Of a stretch of DNA of 64,000 bases, positions 48,198 through 62,330 are shown piece after piece. The position numbers and the translations under genes were made by a program. Numbering within the stretch: the first letter of the stretch is position 1; each line of letters opens with the position of its first letter. The stretch comes from Heteronotia binoei (lineage: Eukaryota), in assembly GCF_032191835.1 (NCBI RefSeq), contig NC_083228.1:27094001-27158000 (forward strand), written 5' to 3'. The notes under the pieces are model-generated. The model did no database searches and was not told where the DNA came from. It worked only from the letters and a program-made list of their open reading frames with translations.

Positions 48198-50130
48198 TCA
48201 GTCAGTCAGCGTTTATTATAACAGTCATAGACGAGGTAAAAAAGCACAAATCTATCAGTAATAAAAAGTACAAATCTGTCAAAAGTATACTACTAAAATA
48301 CATGTCCATATAATGCAACAACATTAAAATGTTGATAAAATTTTAGTACACAGCAGTCGTCTACACCAAAAGAGAAAGCTCCTATGATTTAAAACTATTC
48401 TGTATGATCACTTGGATGCAAAACCTAGCTGTCACTCTAGTGATTGCTGGTATTTCATCAACCAGCAGTTTCCCCAGAGATATCTTATCTGTTAGAACCT
48501 TAGACTGTTCCAAAATAGGGAGAACTGTCTTGTCCCTAACTTCCTTATAGAGGGAACAACAGATAAGAATATGTTCCAGTGTTTCCACCTCACCAATGGG
48601 GCACGTACAGATTCTTTTGCTATATGGGGTCCTTCGACATCTCCCTTCTGTTACCTTAGATGGCATAACATCGCACCTGGCAAGCGTAAAAGCCCTTCTA
48701 TAAGAGGGTGTGACAGTAAGGTATGGATTAAACAGAAAACTGAAGATGCACAGAGCCTGCGTCAGGTGACCTGAGGGTGGGGGCCAGAGTGCTCAGAACT
48801 CTCAGAGTGTGAGATTGACAGCTAACGGCTGAGGGAGTCAGTTAGTGCCTGTCAGAGTCTGAGGGACTTAGTGCCTGACAGAGTCAGAGAGAGTTGGTCT
48901 TTGAGAGAGCTGAGACAGTGGCTGAGGAGAGAAGAAAAGCTGACTGCTAGCTCTATATAAAAACAGCTGTGTGTGACTAAGAAGGAGAGTCATTGTGAAG
49001 ACCTGAACGGTCACAGACACATATATATATACATCTCTTAAGAGCTAGAGAGGTGGTTGAGGGAACAGATGTGGGTCTAAGAGTCTGAAGGGCTGGGAGT
49101 AGAGGCTCCAGTCGACTGGAGAGACTTGGCACAGCATACCCAAGAGGCCAGCCTTTGCTAGTGTTGGAGAGTGTGTTATATAGGGGCTGTGAACCTGAGA
49201 GACCTAAGAAAAAGAAAACATATTCTAAAGCCTGAAACAACTGAGCAGCTTGTTAACTGTGTGAGATACTTTATAGCCCATGTAAATATCTCCCATATCC
49301 CCTGTTTAAGACTTTGTGCTTAAAATAAATATCTGTGGTTTACGTTAAAGTTCTCTGGTGCCTATAATTTGGGAAAAGTGACAAAGCTGCTGTAGTCCCC
49401 TACAAAGTGAATATATATATCCATCTGAAAGCAAAAAACCCCGAAGAGACTTGTACAGAGAAATTCATATCTTACCCACCTCTTGAGTTATATATTCCTG
49501 AGGCAAAAGTTTTAAAAAGAAGAACTGAGGAGGAAGAGGGGCTGGGGTAGCCATAAACAGCACATAGAAGCGATCCAGTAAGACCATGAGGTGGGTGCGG
49601 TCATAGAGGGTATTCTATATTTTTAAGATATTGGGCCATATTCATAGTATATCTATATTTTTCAGGAATCATAAAGTTTGGGTTTCTTATTAAATCTAGC
49701 TGCCGTTCAATGTCATGAACTCTTTGCTTAATTAAAGATCTTGCAACATTGGTAGTTTGGGCCAGCAATGCACCAAGAGAGAAACTTATGAACTTTAAAT
49801 TACCCTCGATCAAACTTATCCATTTTTGTTGGTACTGATCCTGAATTGTTAAGGTGAGTAAACCTTTTACATTTTTATGTATTCTGAGCCAGGAACATGC
49901 TGAGACAAGAAATATTCTTGCTTCAATTTTTATTTGTCCAGTTTCCAGTTGAAGTAAAGAATTGGGGACATTAGGTGGAACTTGCAGTACAGATTGAAGG
50001 AATTTAGATTGTACTTTCTCCAGCACATATAAACTAGTAGCCAGGATACTTATGAAAGTGCCATAAAGAAGTTGACTAATAACTTTAGCTTGGAAATTTT
50101 TTAGGGCTGCAGAGACATAAGAGTAACCTT
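48198..50130 (-). mobile_element. 5'-truncated RTE-X-like LINE, split by solo LTR B
   Basis: Peptides FQAKVISQLLYG, LEKVQSKFLQSVLQVPPNVPNSLLQLETG, YRRAFTLARC and RICTCPIGEVETLEHILICCSLY; aataaa plus (ctga)n tail at 48198. Confidence 0.75.
48709..49605 (+). mobile_element. Solo LTR B (897 bp, TG...TA ends, 5-bp TSD GAGGG)
   Basis: TGTGAC...GTCATA between gaggg (48704-48708) and gaggg (49606-49610); AATAAA at 49324; removing it rejoins the LINE ORF (NIEYP|YRRAFTLARC, one frameshift). Confidence 0.9.
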
Positions 50131-50739
50131 TTCCAGAACTCTCTTGATGCTTCACTAGAACTCCACTGTTAGCAAGGTATGAGGATGGAGTCTTCTGTTG
50201 GTCCTAGGTTCCAGTCTTGGCATAACCAGGTGAAGGGATCAGCTGGGGACCCTAGACTCCCACGGCTATCAAAGTAAAGCAATATTGGCCCTGACTTGCA
50301 TGGGGAAAACACCTAGACTTTCTTTCTAAGCTACCACAGACCCAATCTGTATCACTCCACCATGGCTTATTTTTGCAGCCGCTGCATGGGCCCATAGTGA
50401 ATGCCAGATGCTTCCATGCCATTGATGACTGAGTGAAACCCCTGCAGGGCATTGGCACCCTCCTCATTAGATTGCCCCACACAGTGGCTTGTGCAGCTTG
50501 GCTGGAGAACTGACCCTGCAGCCTGTGCTAGATGGATCCACAATCTACATGGAAGAGGTATCAGAATCAAGGGCTGGATCTGACACAAATGTCACTTTGT
50601 TGGGCTGGGCCATAACATCTTATGCCAGGTACTGGAGATTTAAAGGACACAGGAAAATCCAACTAATGGCATTATTTTAAAAATTCAAAATACAAACATG
50701 CTTAAAACATTAACGCTTTTACAGTATTTCCTTTATTTG

Positions 50740-51480
50740 AAAGACTTGATAACTGACACTCTTGCTCTGAATTACTGCATCGGAATCTGGAGTCATCCTC
50801 TGTGCTGTAGCAATCCTGAGTATGCTGTTTAGTTGTGCATTTGTAAGCTGAGAATATACTTTTGATTCATCGCAGAAAAGAGTTGCTCACAAACGTATGT
50901 TGTCCCCCAAATTGATGAAATTTTAGAAATGAAAGCCTTGTTGGGGGCAATTTAGATCCAAAAATGGGTAAAATTTCCTAATGGCAACTTCAGAAAGCTT
51001 ATCCTTCAGTACAGTATCATGCTGCAGATGAATAATTTCCATCTAGAGTTCTTCTGGAACTTCATGGACATCAACAGAAAATAATTATGGAGAATTTCAA
51101 AATCTCTGTGCAGGTTTTTGAAGTCACAAAATCTTTCTTAGAATTCATTTTTTAGTTCAGAATTTTTTCTTCTGTACTTTTTTGTGAATATATGATCACC
51201 GGGCAGATATTTCATGGTGGGAAAGTGTGCCAAATTATTTCCTTGAAGTTGTTTTCACCCCAAAGCGGAAGTTTCATCTCAAAAGCACAAATGCTGTCAT
51301 AAAACTCTCATAACTGTTTCGATCCTGCATCTTTGTGTTGAGACAGTTCCGGTGTTTCGTAATATTCACCATACAAGCAAGATCTTGAAGCCATTTGTTA
51401 TCTTTTAATGCTGGGACAACCTTCTCTTTCTTATCCATGAATATCTGTATTTCAGTTTGAAGTTCACAGAAGGGTGATAG
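50740..51480 (-). pseudogene. hAT (Charlie/SPIN-like) transposase C-terminal relic
   Basis: Minus-strand peptides FCELQTEIQIFMDKKEKVVPALKDNKWLQDLACMVNI, GTTYVCEQLFSAM and SQLTNAQLNSILRIATAQRMTPD (hAT dimerisation domain); frameshifted. Confidence 0.82.
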
Positions 51481-53787
51481 CTTTTTAAAAAATGTGCATT
51501 CAAATTCATATCAGCCAGGTGTTTTGAATTTAGCTATAAAAGTGCTTTGCCCCTTAGCTTGAATTGCATGTGGCATGTTATCATTTGGGGGTAGGCTGCC
51601 CTCTCCAATGGCTTGGGAGGGAAGGGGGGAATTCCCTGCTGGGAAAGAGAAGGAAGAAACCCTCCCACTGTCAGGTATGATCACCTGTGCCACTCCCCCT
51701 GAACCAGTCCAAAGTCATCCTGGATTGGTTGGCCAGGCTGGGAGCCAGAAGCCTCCAGCAGCTGGTCAGCTCTGAGCTGGTGCGTCCTCACCATGTGCAC
51801 CCACTTGCCTGCTCCCCCACCCCCCGCAATAAGTAGGACACAATGAAGGATGGGAGAACCACACATGCCCCTCCTGAATTTCCTGGAGGAACAGCAGGGT
51901 AAAACCATTCTTGAACAGTTGGGTGAGATTCGGAAGACTTTGAGAACTAACAAGACTCAGACCTACTGTGAATGTGTGTGGTGGACTGAAAGCCCACAAA
52001 AGCCCCAATCAATGTATTGACTAGGTTTCTCCCCAAAAAAGATACCATTGAAAGGGGAGATATCTTACATTTCCATACAAATTAGTTAATTTTTGTAAGT
52101 GTAGCCTTTTTAGAAGATGAATGATCTTCCTTGCAAGTAAACAAGGCAATCCCCCATAAGCCTAGCCTCGGCTGCTGAGCATGGCTCCAATCTGTCTCTC
52201 GCTCTTTCTTTCCTCTCTTCCCCTTTCTACCTCTGAGAATCTCAAGAAAGCACACTGGACTGCCCCTTCCACCAGCCCAACCCACACAGCACCAACAACC
52301 CTATGAGATGGGCCAGGCTGAGCGAATGGCCACAGGTGACCCAGAAGACAGAGCCCTGGCTCAGGAGAACAGAGGGCCTGAACAAGGCTCTCTTAGATCT
52401 GCCCACCCCCAGTTCTCAGCCCTCAGGATTTCCCTCAGAAGTGGTGGGGCTGAGGGGAAGGCTTGATGGAGAGGCTGTTTCTGAAACCTCCAGAAGTGCT
52501 TTTTCATCCTCTTGAGAACCCTTTCCCTCATAGTCTGAGAAGGGGGGTGGGCGGGAAGGGAAGGGAAGGGAGGTCACCATCTCCTACCCTCCCCAACAGT
52601 CACTTTACCTACCATCTCCATGTTCAGACGTGTGGTGGCAACAGTGGTGCCCCTTTTCCCCTTCACTTCTCTGCTAGCTTCCAAGGCTGGAACATTTCCC
52701 CCCTCAGAGTGGCACATGGAAGACAACCCAGTATCCTCCCAATTCATGCACCAGCTCTTCCCCTGCTCCCCGCACATCCACTTTTGCCAACCCCCCTCAT
52801 AATTGCCATTTGAAAAAAATGTGAAGCAAAGCTTATTGGTGCAGCTCCAGTTCTTGTTGCACTGCTGCTGAGGTGGAAGGGGAAAAAACACCACTACTCC
52901 TCTTTCTTCACCTTCACTGCCATTCCACCCACACTGTTTTACCTCTGCCTTTTAGGCCCCCCTCAGTCATTTTTTCTATTTCAACACAGCTTTGACCACA
53001 CAAACCTCACAGTGTGTTCCAACTCTTGCCTTTGCTCTCCCTTGTACAGTTGCTCTGGGCTGGATAAGAGCCCCTGGACAGGTAATATGTTTGACATCTT
53101 TAATCTACATAGTGGGGAACATGCAAGGACTTCTGGGAGGTGTTTCCCCACTCTTTCTCTCCCTCTTGCTTTTCTTTGTTGCCTCCCCCTGGCAGTGCCT
53201 GCAGCCTCTCCTCTCCTCTTTTCTTTTCTCTCATGACCCCCCCCCCCCCCACCTACCTAGTCTCTATGTTTCTCCCCTGGCAGCCTATGCCCCTCCCCCC
53301 CACTTTCAGCTTTCCCATTTTACTTTTTTTACTCCTCCCTTTTATCTTCCCTACCTCCTATCTTTTACCTCTCTTCTCACAATGTTACTTGTGAATTCCC
53401 TAGGAACCCCAAAATGGCCCCTGAGATCTCACATCATAGTCTAATGAGATCTCAGTGGAACACTCTTTTAAATGAAGCAGACACTGGTTCTATTATTTTT
53501 GCTGTTTCTATTCCCCAGTGTATTTTTTTTTACATCACATTTTTTCATGCAAACCTGTTTGTCCATGGCCCCATGATTACAACCCAGTTCAGAATTAGTT
53601 GTAATGATTTAATGCAGCTTCCAACTCTTCTGTGGCGACTCTATAGCTATTAGTTCTTGTCCTATTTCTCCACTATTTTATAGTTCCTCTGCATGTGGCA
53701 TCTGTTTTTTTAAACCCTCCATGAGGTAGAGAAGGTGCTTGGCCAAAGGACAATGTCAAGGAAGGGGGCAATTGGTGACTCGTGGAC

Positions 53788-54027
53788 CTTGAGATGCCAG
53801 CATCCTGGTGGGACCTCGGGATCCTCAGACAGCTTCTATAATCTACAGAGATCAGTTCCCCTCAAAAAAAATGGGTGTTTGGGAGGGCAGACTCTTTGGC
53901 ACTGTAACCCACAGAGGTCTCAGTCCTCCCCACGCTCTACCCTCAAATCTCCAGGAGTTTCCCAACCTGTATCTGGCTACCCTACTCCCCATCCTCTCCA
54001 GTGGCCATGGGGGACCTGGCAACCCTA
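53788..54027. mobile_element. hAT (Blackjack-like) MITE
   Basis: Ends gacctggcaacccta; body matches the 8703 family. Confidence 0.65.
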
Positions 54028-55229
54028 CATGGGCCAAATGTGGTCCTTTGTGTATTTTTTATTGGAGTCTTACAAATTTGTTGTAACCCCCTCCCTCCAC
54101 CTCTCACTTCCAGGACAGAGAACAATGCTTTGAAGAAAGAAAGAGAATCTGCACAACAGAAAATAACCCCCTGATCTCAGATCACTCTGGAGTAGGCCCA
54201 AAAGAACACGAAAGTCAGCCATCTTGTTTTCAGACACCTTACACTTGCCAATGAACAGGCCACTGACAAGGCAGAGCCCAGAGCAGATGTTTCTGTGCTG
54301 CACAGATCTGTGCTACTGTTGTTGATTGGGTTGTGGGAAGTCTGAGTCTTGACTTGCAAACTGGACTCCCTCCTCCCCTGACAAAATATTTACAGAGGTG
54401 ATTCTAAGGGGTGGTGGGGAGAGAGTCCCTCACCCCAAGCAGTCAATAGTTCTAGTAAGAAAACCCAGCTTACACCGTGGGGTGGACTGGGAGACTGTCT
54501 GTTGCTAGCTAACCCCCAGGCATGTGTATATGTTGCCGAGGCAGACCCCAGAGACCTTTCTCTATGTAGACAGCACTGCTTTCTCTTGTGCTGTCTTTGG
54601 ACTGTATGCACAAAGGACACCATTAAAAAAGGGAGAAGATTTACTGTGCCAGAACGCAACCGGCTGGGTTTTTATAACAGCCTTTTGCTGTTTCTCCTAT
54701 TCATTGAATTAGTGACTGATTATTCCAAAGCATTTTAAAGTTAGTTGAGTAATTAATTATTTCCCTTTTTAAAAAAATCTACCATAGATCTTTCTAATTC
54801 AGTTTGTGTGTGCATACAACCTGGGAGATGGGAGAAAAAGAGAGTTGGATAGGGAATGGACATATTTTAAGCCATTGTCAAAGACAAACCAGATTGTTGT
54901 GTCAATTAGGATGAAAATGATTTTTTTTTTGCATCTCTTGAGTCTCTATGTTGGTTGCATTGGAAACAAATTGACAGACTTCCTTGGGATGAAAGAAAAA
55001 AACAGATGTTGATTTCACCACTACTTTTATTCATTAACATGACTTCTCTGGACTGGATGAGCCACAAATTTTCTCAAGAGAAGATGTTGTTGGATGAGCA
55101 CCTTTAGGGTCATCAGACCTTGCTGAATAAGTATACAGAATCCACAGCAAACATGGCTGAGAGGTAACCTGGTTTTGCTGTTCAAAGAATTATGAACAGG
55201 TTTTGCATCTTTCAGTTCTTGAGCCATGC

Positions 55230-55440
55230 CAGAGTTGACAGCCAGTGTGGTGTAGGGGCACATGTTGGACTTTGAGACTCGAGTTCTAATCACTTAGCTA
55301 TCAAGTTTGATGGGTCACCTTGAGAGGATTCTTCTCTCTCGGCCTAACCTACCTTCCAGGATTGTTGTGAGGACAAAATAGAGAAAAGGAGAACCTGAGT
55401 CCTGAGCTCTTTGGATGAAAGGTGAGATAAAGATGTGATG
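55230..55440 (+). mobile_element. Older tRNA-derived SINE (MIR/Squam3-related)
   Basis: gacagccagtgtggtgtag head; ctaacctaccttccaggattgttgtgaggacaaaat core. Confidence 0.6.
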
Positions 55441-55979
55441 GATAGATAGTTCAATTGGCTTACATCATTACCACAGAACAAGCAGTTTGCTGACTGTTTC
55501 CTTAGTGGACGAAAGCAGACTTCACATTGTTAGTCTAGGACATCAATGCATTTTCCAAATGCATTGATTTCTTTTGTCCAGTCCTGGTAGTCCCCATCTC
55601 ACACAGAAGTCTTTCCTGGTTCTATAGGATCTAAAGTCAAGAGGGTCACATGATAAATAATGCAGTTTCAATCCACTTTAGCGACTGTTTGCAAGTGGTT
55701 CCTGCCATTTCACACATAGCAATTCCTCACTAGCAGTTGCCCCACCCCCCTGGGCTTCTGCTTTCCCTGGCTCAAGCAATCACCTACCAGTTGCTGCATG
55801 GTTGCATTTTGATCCACAGCTCCCTCCAATTTCCCTTGCAGCTTCCTACTCTTGGGTTTTGTTTTTTTTTAGAACTGCAAAGCACAAAGAAAGTAGATGG
55901 AAAGTGTGTGCATGTGAAAGTGATTTGCACATAGTACTTTTAACAACTGGTCATCATTTCTTGTTGCATGGTGCTAGTT

Positions 55980-56401
55980 CAGGGGTGGCCAAACTTGCTT
56001 ACCATAAGAGCCACTTAGAATAAACGTCAGATGTTCAGGAGCTGCAAGACATGAACGTCNNNNNNNNNNNNNNNNNNNNNNNNNNNNNNNNNNNNNNNNN
56101 NNNNNNNNNNNNNNNNNNNNNNNNNNNNNNNNNNNNNNNNNNNNNNNNNNNNNNNNNNNNNNNNNNNNNNNNNNNNNNNNNNNNNNNNNNNNNNNNNNNN
56201 NNNNNNNNGAAAGGTGGAAAGAAAGCAACTTTAACTTTAAATGCATTGTCCACGCTGCCAGTTGGCTTGGCTTGGAGAACTGATTTAAAGAGACACATGC
56301 CTTCTCCAAGCCAACCAATAGGTTGGTGGGGACTTCAAGAGTCACATGGTATGTGTGAAAGAGCCACATGTGGCTCCCAAGCTGCAGTTTGGTGATCCCT
56401 G
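55980..56401. mobile_element. hAT MITE (caggggtggccaaa TIR) containing an assembly gap (149 N, 56060-56208)
   Basis: Ends caggggtggccaaac / gtttggtgatccctg; partial TSD tgctagtt/aggtagtt. Confidence 0.7.
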
Positions 56402-57136
56402 AGGTAGTTCCTTTGCTTGAGTCTCTTGCTGTACCACATTCACTGGCACATGTCCCATGGTGCTTCTGAGACACCATGACTGGGGTTGTGTGTCTTGATC
56501 TGTGTGTCTTGGGGGATCATGGTGGGTTACCTGGGCAAGAGGACCTGTCCCTTCCTTCTAGCTCTGTGATAAGGGAGGCAGAACTGAACTGAATATTTGA
56601 GCTTCAGGACTGCCCAGACAGTGGGCAAGTATACATTTCTCTTCATACCCCAATGTTTTAAGCACTTGCGACTTCACTAGTAGAGATTTCACTTTTAAAA
56701 ATTCAATTGAAATCTTCTGTTCAGGGGCTGTAAGGTGATAATTGCATACCTCTGAGTTCAACTTGCATCTCACATCTTTTTCAGGCTGATATGGCCACAC
56801 TGTTCTTTAGCTCTGTGTTCGTACAAAGTGATACATATGTTTTTAACAAATTCAATTGTGGTCTTTAATGCCTGTTTGACCTGGGTAGTGGATCCAGGCT
56901 GGGTGCTTCTCTGACCCTTCTCTTACCACCCACTTCTCCTTTAATGTCCGCCGCTACCACTCAGAATTTCTCCTTTAACTGCAACTCTAGGTATAGAGTA
57001 GGTATAGAGTAGAGGCTTTTTGCTTCAGAACAAATCTCTTCCAAACTTATCCCTTGGTGCCTGCGTAAGAGGTACACAAAGTTCACAAGATTGCCTGAAT
57101 CACTATATTTAAAAAATAAATTATTATTATTATTAT

Positions 57137-57387
57137 GAAGACGACTGCAGATTTATACCCTGCCCTTCTCTCTGAATCAGAGACTCAGAACGGCTTACTA
57201 TCTCCTATATCTTCTCCCCCCCACAACAGAAACCCTGTGAGTTGGGTGGGGCTGAGAGGGCTCTCCCAGAAGCTTCCCTTTTAAGGACAACTCTTAGGAG
57301 AGCTATGGCTAACCCAAGACCATTCCAGCAGGTGTATGTGGAGGAGTGGAAATCAAACCTGGTTCTCCCAGGTAAGAGTCTGCACAC

Positions 57388-57389
<2 letters not shown>
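57137..57389 (-). mobile_element. Squam3C-like SINE with its 5' head cut off by the L1 insertion
   Basis: Body identical in layout to 36525-36809; stops at gagtctgcacactt, lacking the terminal ~24 nt. Confidence 0.85.
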
Positions 57390-57431
<42 letters not shown>

Positions 57432-57787
57432 TATATTTTATTATTTTTGATCCTTTACATCAAACTTATCCTTCTTCTCATACAGAATATACATCTAGTC
57501 CTCCATCCCCTTTTACTAAATATTCTTGTTCAGTCCTTTCAGTCTAAATGTTCTTATTTCGGTCCATATTGAGGCCTTCTCGCCTCAATACAGCCAATCT
57601 TTATTCTGCTTCCTCTTCTAGGCCTTATTAGATCCTTTTCCTCTTCATCTTCTTTTTCTTATCACCGCTGGGCTTTTCCTGTCCTAATAGTAGATATGGG
57701 AATGTTTTAGTACCTAAGATTTCTGTCTTCCATTACAATCATCACTCTATATTTCTTCCCCGATCCCTCCCTCCCTCCCTTGGATAC

Positions 57788-60700
57788 TCATCTTTCTAGC
57801 CAAGGGCACAAATTAAGGAGCTTCCACCGAATGTCCCGCCGTTGACCCTCTAGTGACCACTTTAAATATGAATACCATTTCTCCTTTATCCTTCTTATTT
57901 TTGACTCCCATTGCTCATCTTGATTAATTATAGCTATAATATCTGACTGAATATATTCAAATAAATAGTTATGCCAGTTTTGTTCCGTCCATTTAGTTTT
58001 GTCCTTCCAGCCAAGGGCTATTACTGCCTTACCAGCTAACACTATTGCCTTGAATAAGTCTAGATCTTCTTTTTTAACTCCGTGTTTATTTAGTATGCTC
58101 CCGAACATTAGGTCTAGATCTATCTTTGGTCTTATAGCGAAAAACTTATAAATGTGCTCTATTACCTTCTCCCCAAAAGCTTGGACTTCTAAGCATTCCC
58201 ACCACATGTGGGAGTACCATCCTTTTTTCTTTCCACAATGCCAACAATTTGAATTCAGACCCGGGAACATATTAGCTAACATTGCTGGCGTTCTATACCA
58301 TTTTATAAATTTTTTTAACTCCAGTTCTCTAAATTTATGCATTTTGAGCTCATGTATACCTTTCTTGAGATTGTCAAATGCTTTATCTGCTAAATTAGTT
58401 TCTACACTCCATTTTTTTAAACATGTCTTGTACCCTACTATACCCTTTTTGCCTGAGTAAGCTCCACCATCTCTTATCCTCACTCTTCTCATCTGAAGCC
58501 TCTAATGGGGTTTGTTTAGATGTTCCCTTTAACCATTTTAATTGCCATTTTCTCCAAATCATCAAAGCTGTTTTCCTCGGTCCTGTTTCTAATATGTTGA
58601 CTTTGATCTTACGTCCTGTAAACCCCCCTAGTTTTCCTATTCCGTTGTTTGCCTCATTCTCTACTCTTACCCACTTCCGCTCCCTTTCCTCTCCTATTTC
58701 CATCAATGCTTTTAATTGAAATGCCTCATAATAACTCCTCAGATCTGGGGCCCCCCAATCCATGTTTGTATTATGCGCATACATAAAATGCCTTGAGACT
58801 CTACTTTTTTTGCTACCAAATATCCATTCTTTTATTTTCGTGTTCCAGCTATTAAATTTTTGTTTTTTAATTTCTAAAGGTATTGTTTGAAATAAGTATA
58901 ATAATTTTGAAAGCCAAAACATTTTCGCTACATTAATCTTAGCTATTATATTTAGTATCTTCTTGCCCCATCTCTTCATATCTTTTAATATTGTGGTCCA
59001 TATCCTGTTATAATTCTTTTCTACCAACTTTTTAACATTTTAACTATATCTATTCCTAAGTATCTGATTTTCTTGACCCCTCGTCCTATCCCTGTCCGTT
59101 CATGAATCTCTTTCCTTTCCTCTTTTTTTACATTAATATACATTATTTCTGATTTTGCCATATTAATTTTTAATCCTGAGTTTGATTCAAAATCCTTTAA
59201 TATAATCTGTCTCTCCTTTACTGCTTCTTTTGGATTAACTGTGACTATAATCAGGTTGTCTGCAAATAAGTTCAACTTAACTTCTTCCTTGCATAGACGA
59301 CATCCTTCAATTCTCCCCGAATTTCTAAGACGTTGGGCTAACTGTTCGATTGCCATTATATAAAAAAAGGAGAGATCGGGCACCCCTGCCTGACTCCCCT
59401 CTGGATTGCAAGTTGTGCCGTATGTTCTCCATTAAGTCTAACTACAGCCGTACCTTCTCTATATATCTCCTTAAATACCCGTATTATTGATTGGCTTATC
59501 CCATATTTATCCATAACTGTCCATAAAAATTGATGTGACAATGTATCAAAAGCTTTATAAACATCTAACTTAAATAATGCCAGTTTCCCGGACTGGTTAT
59601 GACTCAAAACGTTGATTACATTTCGCACTGGGTGTGCGATAGTCCTACCTTCTATAAAACCATATTGATCTTCTTTTATAACTTTTTGTATAATATTTTT
59701 GAGCCTATTAGCCATTACTTTGGCAAAAATTTTATAATCCTGATTCAATAGGCTAATCGGTCTATATGATCCTACCTCTTGGGGGTCCTTTTTAGGTTTT
59801 AAAATCACTGTGATTTCTGCCTTTCTCCATGTGTCTGGAGCTATACCCCCTTTAAGTATATTGTTAAATACTTCTTGTAATTCCTGTACTAATATTCTCT
59901 CGTTTCCTTGTAAAATTCAGCTGAAAATCCATCCAGTCCGGGAGATTTCCCTATCTTTAAACTGTCTATCACTCTTTCGATCTCTTGTCTTGTTATATTG
60001 TCCTCTAATCCTCTCTGTTCTGTATCTGTCAACCTTACTCCTGTCTCTTCTTCAAAGTCCCTCACTCCTTTTTCACCATATAAGTCTTTATAAAAGCTCT
60101 CAAATGTTCCTTTTATTTCCTCTAAATTCTGTGTTACCTTTTTATTTACCCTAATACTTCTCACTCTTTGCCTTTGTTTCTTATTTTTTTAAAAATTTGC
60201 CAGTCTCTTAGCTGAATTAAGAGTATTTCTCTGATATTCATTTTTTACCATGACCTGTTTCCTCCATAACGCCATAGAATCCAGATCGTCTAGCTTTTTC
60301 TGTAAGTCTCTGATTAACTTGTGTCTGATGGGGCAAAACTTCTGTGCTTGATCTTTTTGCAATTTATCTAGTTCTTGAAGTCTCTCTTCTCTGTCTACAT
60401 ACCATTTTTTCTTTATCTCCTTCTCTTTCATGATACATTGTCCTCTGATCACTGCTTTAGCTGCATCCCATAAGACATTTATTCCCACTGTACCCCTATT
60501 CCCTTGAAAGTATAGCTTCATTTGTTCCATAATTTGTCTTTTATCTTTATCCTTAACCATAACCATATTATTGTATCTCCATGTTCTTTTGGTTTGCTTG
60601 TATGTTATTTTGAATTCTACACTTATCGGGGCATGATCTGATATCCATATTGGGTGGGTAGTGACTTTTTTAATTTCCCAGTTGCATGTTCTATTAATTA

Positions 60701-61272
60701 ATACATAGTCTAAACATGAGGTCGTTTTGTATCTCCCTGAGAAGTATGTGGGCTCAGGCACCAAATTAAGAGCTTTATATACTTCAATTAAGTTCCATTG
60801 TCTCCAATTTATTATTTTATCTTTATTAACATCCTTATTGAAGTCTCCTGCTAGTATCAACTCTCCTTCGATAAATTTGCTAGCTTTTTAAAGGACTTTT
60901 AATAAGTAAGTTTCCTGTCCTGTATTTGGGGCATATATATTTATCAATGTTGTTATCCTGTTTTCAACCAAACACTTAACCATGACAAATCTCCCTTCAG
61001 CATCTCTTATCACATCTATTGTTCTTATATCATTTCTTTTATGAATTAGGATCGCCACCCCCCTTGCTTTATTTGATCCCCATGCCTCTGCCAAAATCTC
61101 CCAGTTTAGGTCTCTAATCAAAGGTCTTTTATCTCTTTTAGATTTATGAGTTTCCTGGAGCCAAGCTATGTCTATATTTTGTTGTTTAAGGAATCTAGAG
61201 AGTTTGTACCTCTTTAAATCTGATCCTAAGCCATTGACATTCAGCGTCAGCACCCTTAATGTTTATCCATAT
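57788..61272 (-). pseudogene. L1 ORF2p (endonuclease/reverse transcriptase), broken by several frameshifts and stops
   Basis: Collinear ORF fragments 60888-61253, 60189-60860, 59889-60164, 59356-59808, 59021-59383, 58395-59027 and 57788-58492. Confidence 0.93.
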
Positions 61273-61523
61273 TTAAACCTAAAACTACCATTCTTTTGTT
61301 CCCCTGGCCGGATATTTAGTTTATTTTTGTACCCCTTCCCGTTCCCAAATACCTCTTCCCTCCCCTTCCCCATCTCTACCCCCCCTTTGTGTAGAGCCAT
61401 AAACTGAGGATGAACACTCATCCCTTCTCTACACCTTTGAGCAAGTGCACTCCCCTCCTCCCGGGTTATATTACTACTTATTTAACCGTTTTGTTTCCAT
61501 TTCCATACTTCCCTTAATATATC

Positions 61524-62330
61524 TTAATCTTGAGACAGTCTCAGCCTCTTATCCAAACAGGTGGATGGTCCTTCTTCTGAGTCCAGTTCCTGTGGCTGAA
61601 GTTGATGAGGTTCCTCCATTGGCGTTAATTCACTGTTCCTCCCGTCTGTCCCCAATGTCTCTATTAACTCTCGTGCCTCTTCAGGGTGCTGTGCACAAAG
61701 TCTCTTTCCATCTTGATAAATAACTAAGGACGCTGGATATGCCCAGCTAAATTTAATACCACTTTGATTAAGTTTCTGTGCAAAGGGTTTCATTTGTGTC
61801 CTTTGATATAATGTTTCTTTACAAAAATCTTCTTTCACATAGACTTTTCTGCCTTTAAAGGTTAATTCTTTAGCTTTTTAAAGTGTTTTGAAGATCCTCT
61901 GCTGCAGTTTCTCTCTCACTAGCTTCATTATTACTGGGCGAGGCTCCCCCCCCTTCCTTCTTATTTGAAGTCTATGGGCACATTCTATCTCTTCCAGTCC
62001 TATTTCGATCCCCTGCTCTAATAACAGTGTTTGCTCTAAATCACATGTCTTAACTTCTTCTGAAATACCAAAGAAAATAATGTTCCTTCTCCTGTTTCGG
62101 TCTGAAAGGTCTATGTATTGTTTTTTCAATAGGTCAATTTCCCCTTTATTTTGCTGTGTGAGAGTCTTTGCTTCTGCCGCTATGCCAGCTACTGTCTTAA
62201 TTTCTGTGCCTAAATTCTTCATCTCTGTTGTTAAGTCAGTCAACGAAGTATGTATTTTAGCTTGAGATTCAAGCATTAAAGACTGGAACTGTGCTAATTG
62301 TTCTGAGAGGCTTTTCACAGTGACCGCCAT
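61524..62330 (-). pseudogene. L1 ORF1p (coiled coil + RRM + CTD), frameshifted
   Basis: Heptad-rich N-terminus, DRNRRRNIIFFGISE, IECAHR, PRPVIMKL, FSWAYPASL. Confidence 0.9.

Noticed and set aside
24206-49605. The two LTRs as the ends of one 25-kb provirus
   Set aside because: Each has its own distinct TSD, they are clearly diverged, and no gag/pol/PBS/PPT lies between them.
52460-53450. Pro/Leu/Phe-rich ORFs up to 150 aa
   Set aside because: Low-complexity pyrimidine-rich DNA with no domain or splice support.
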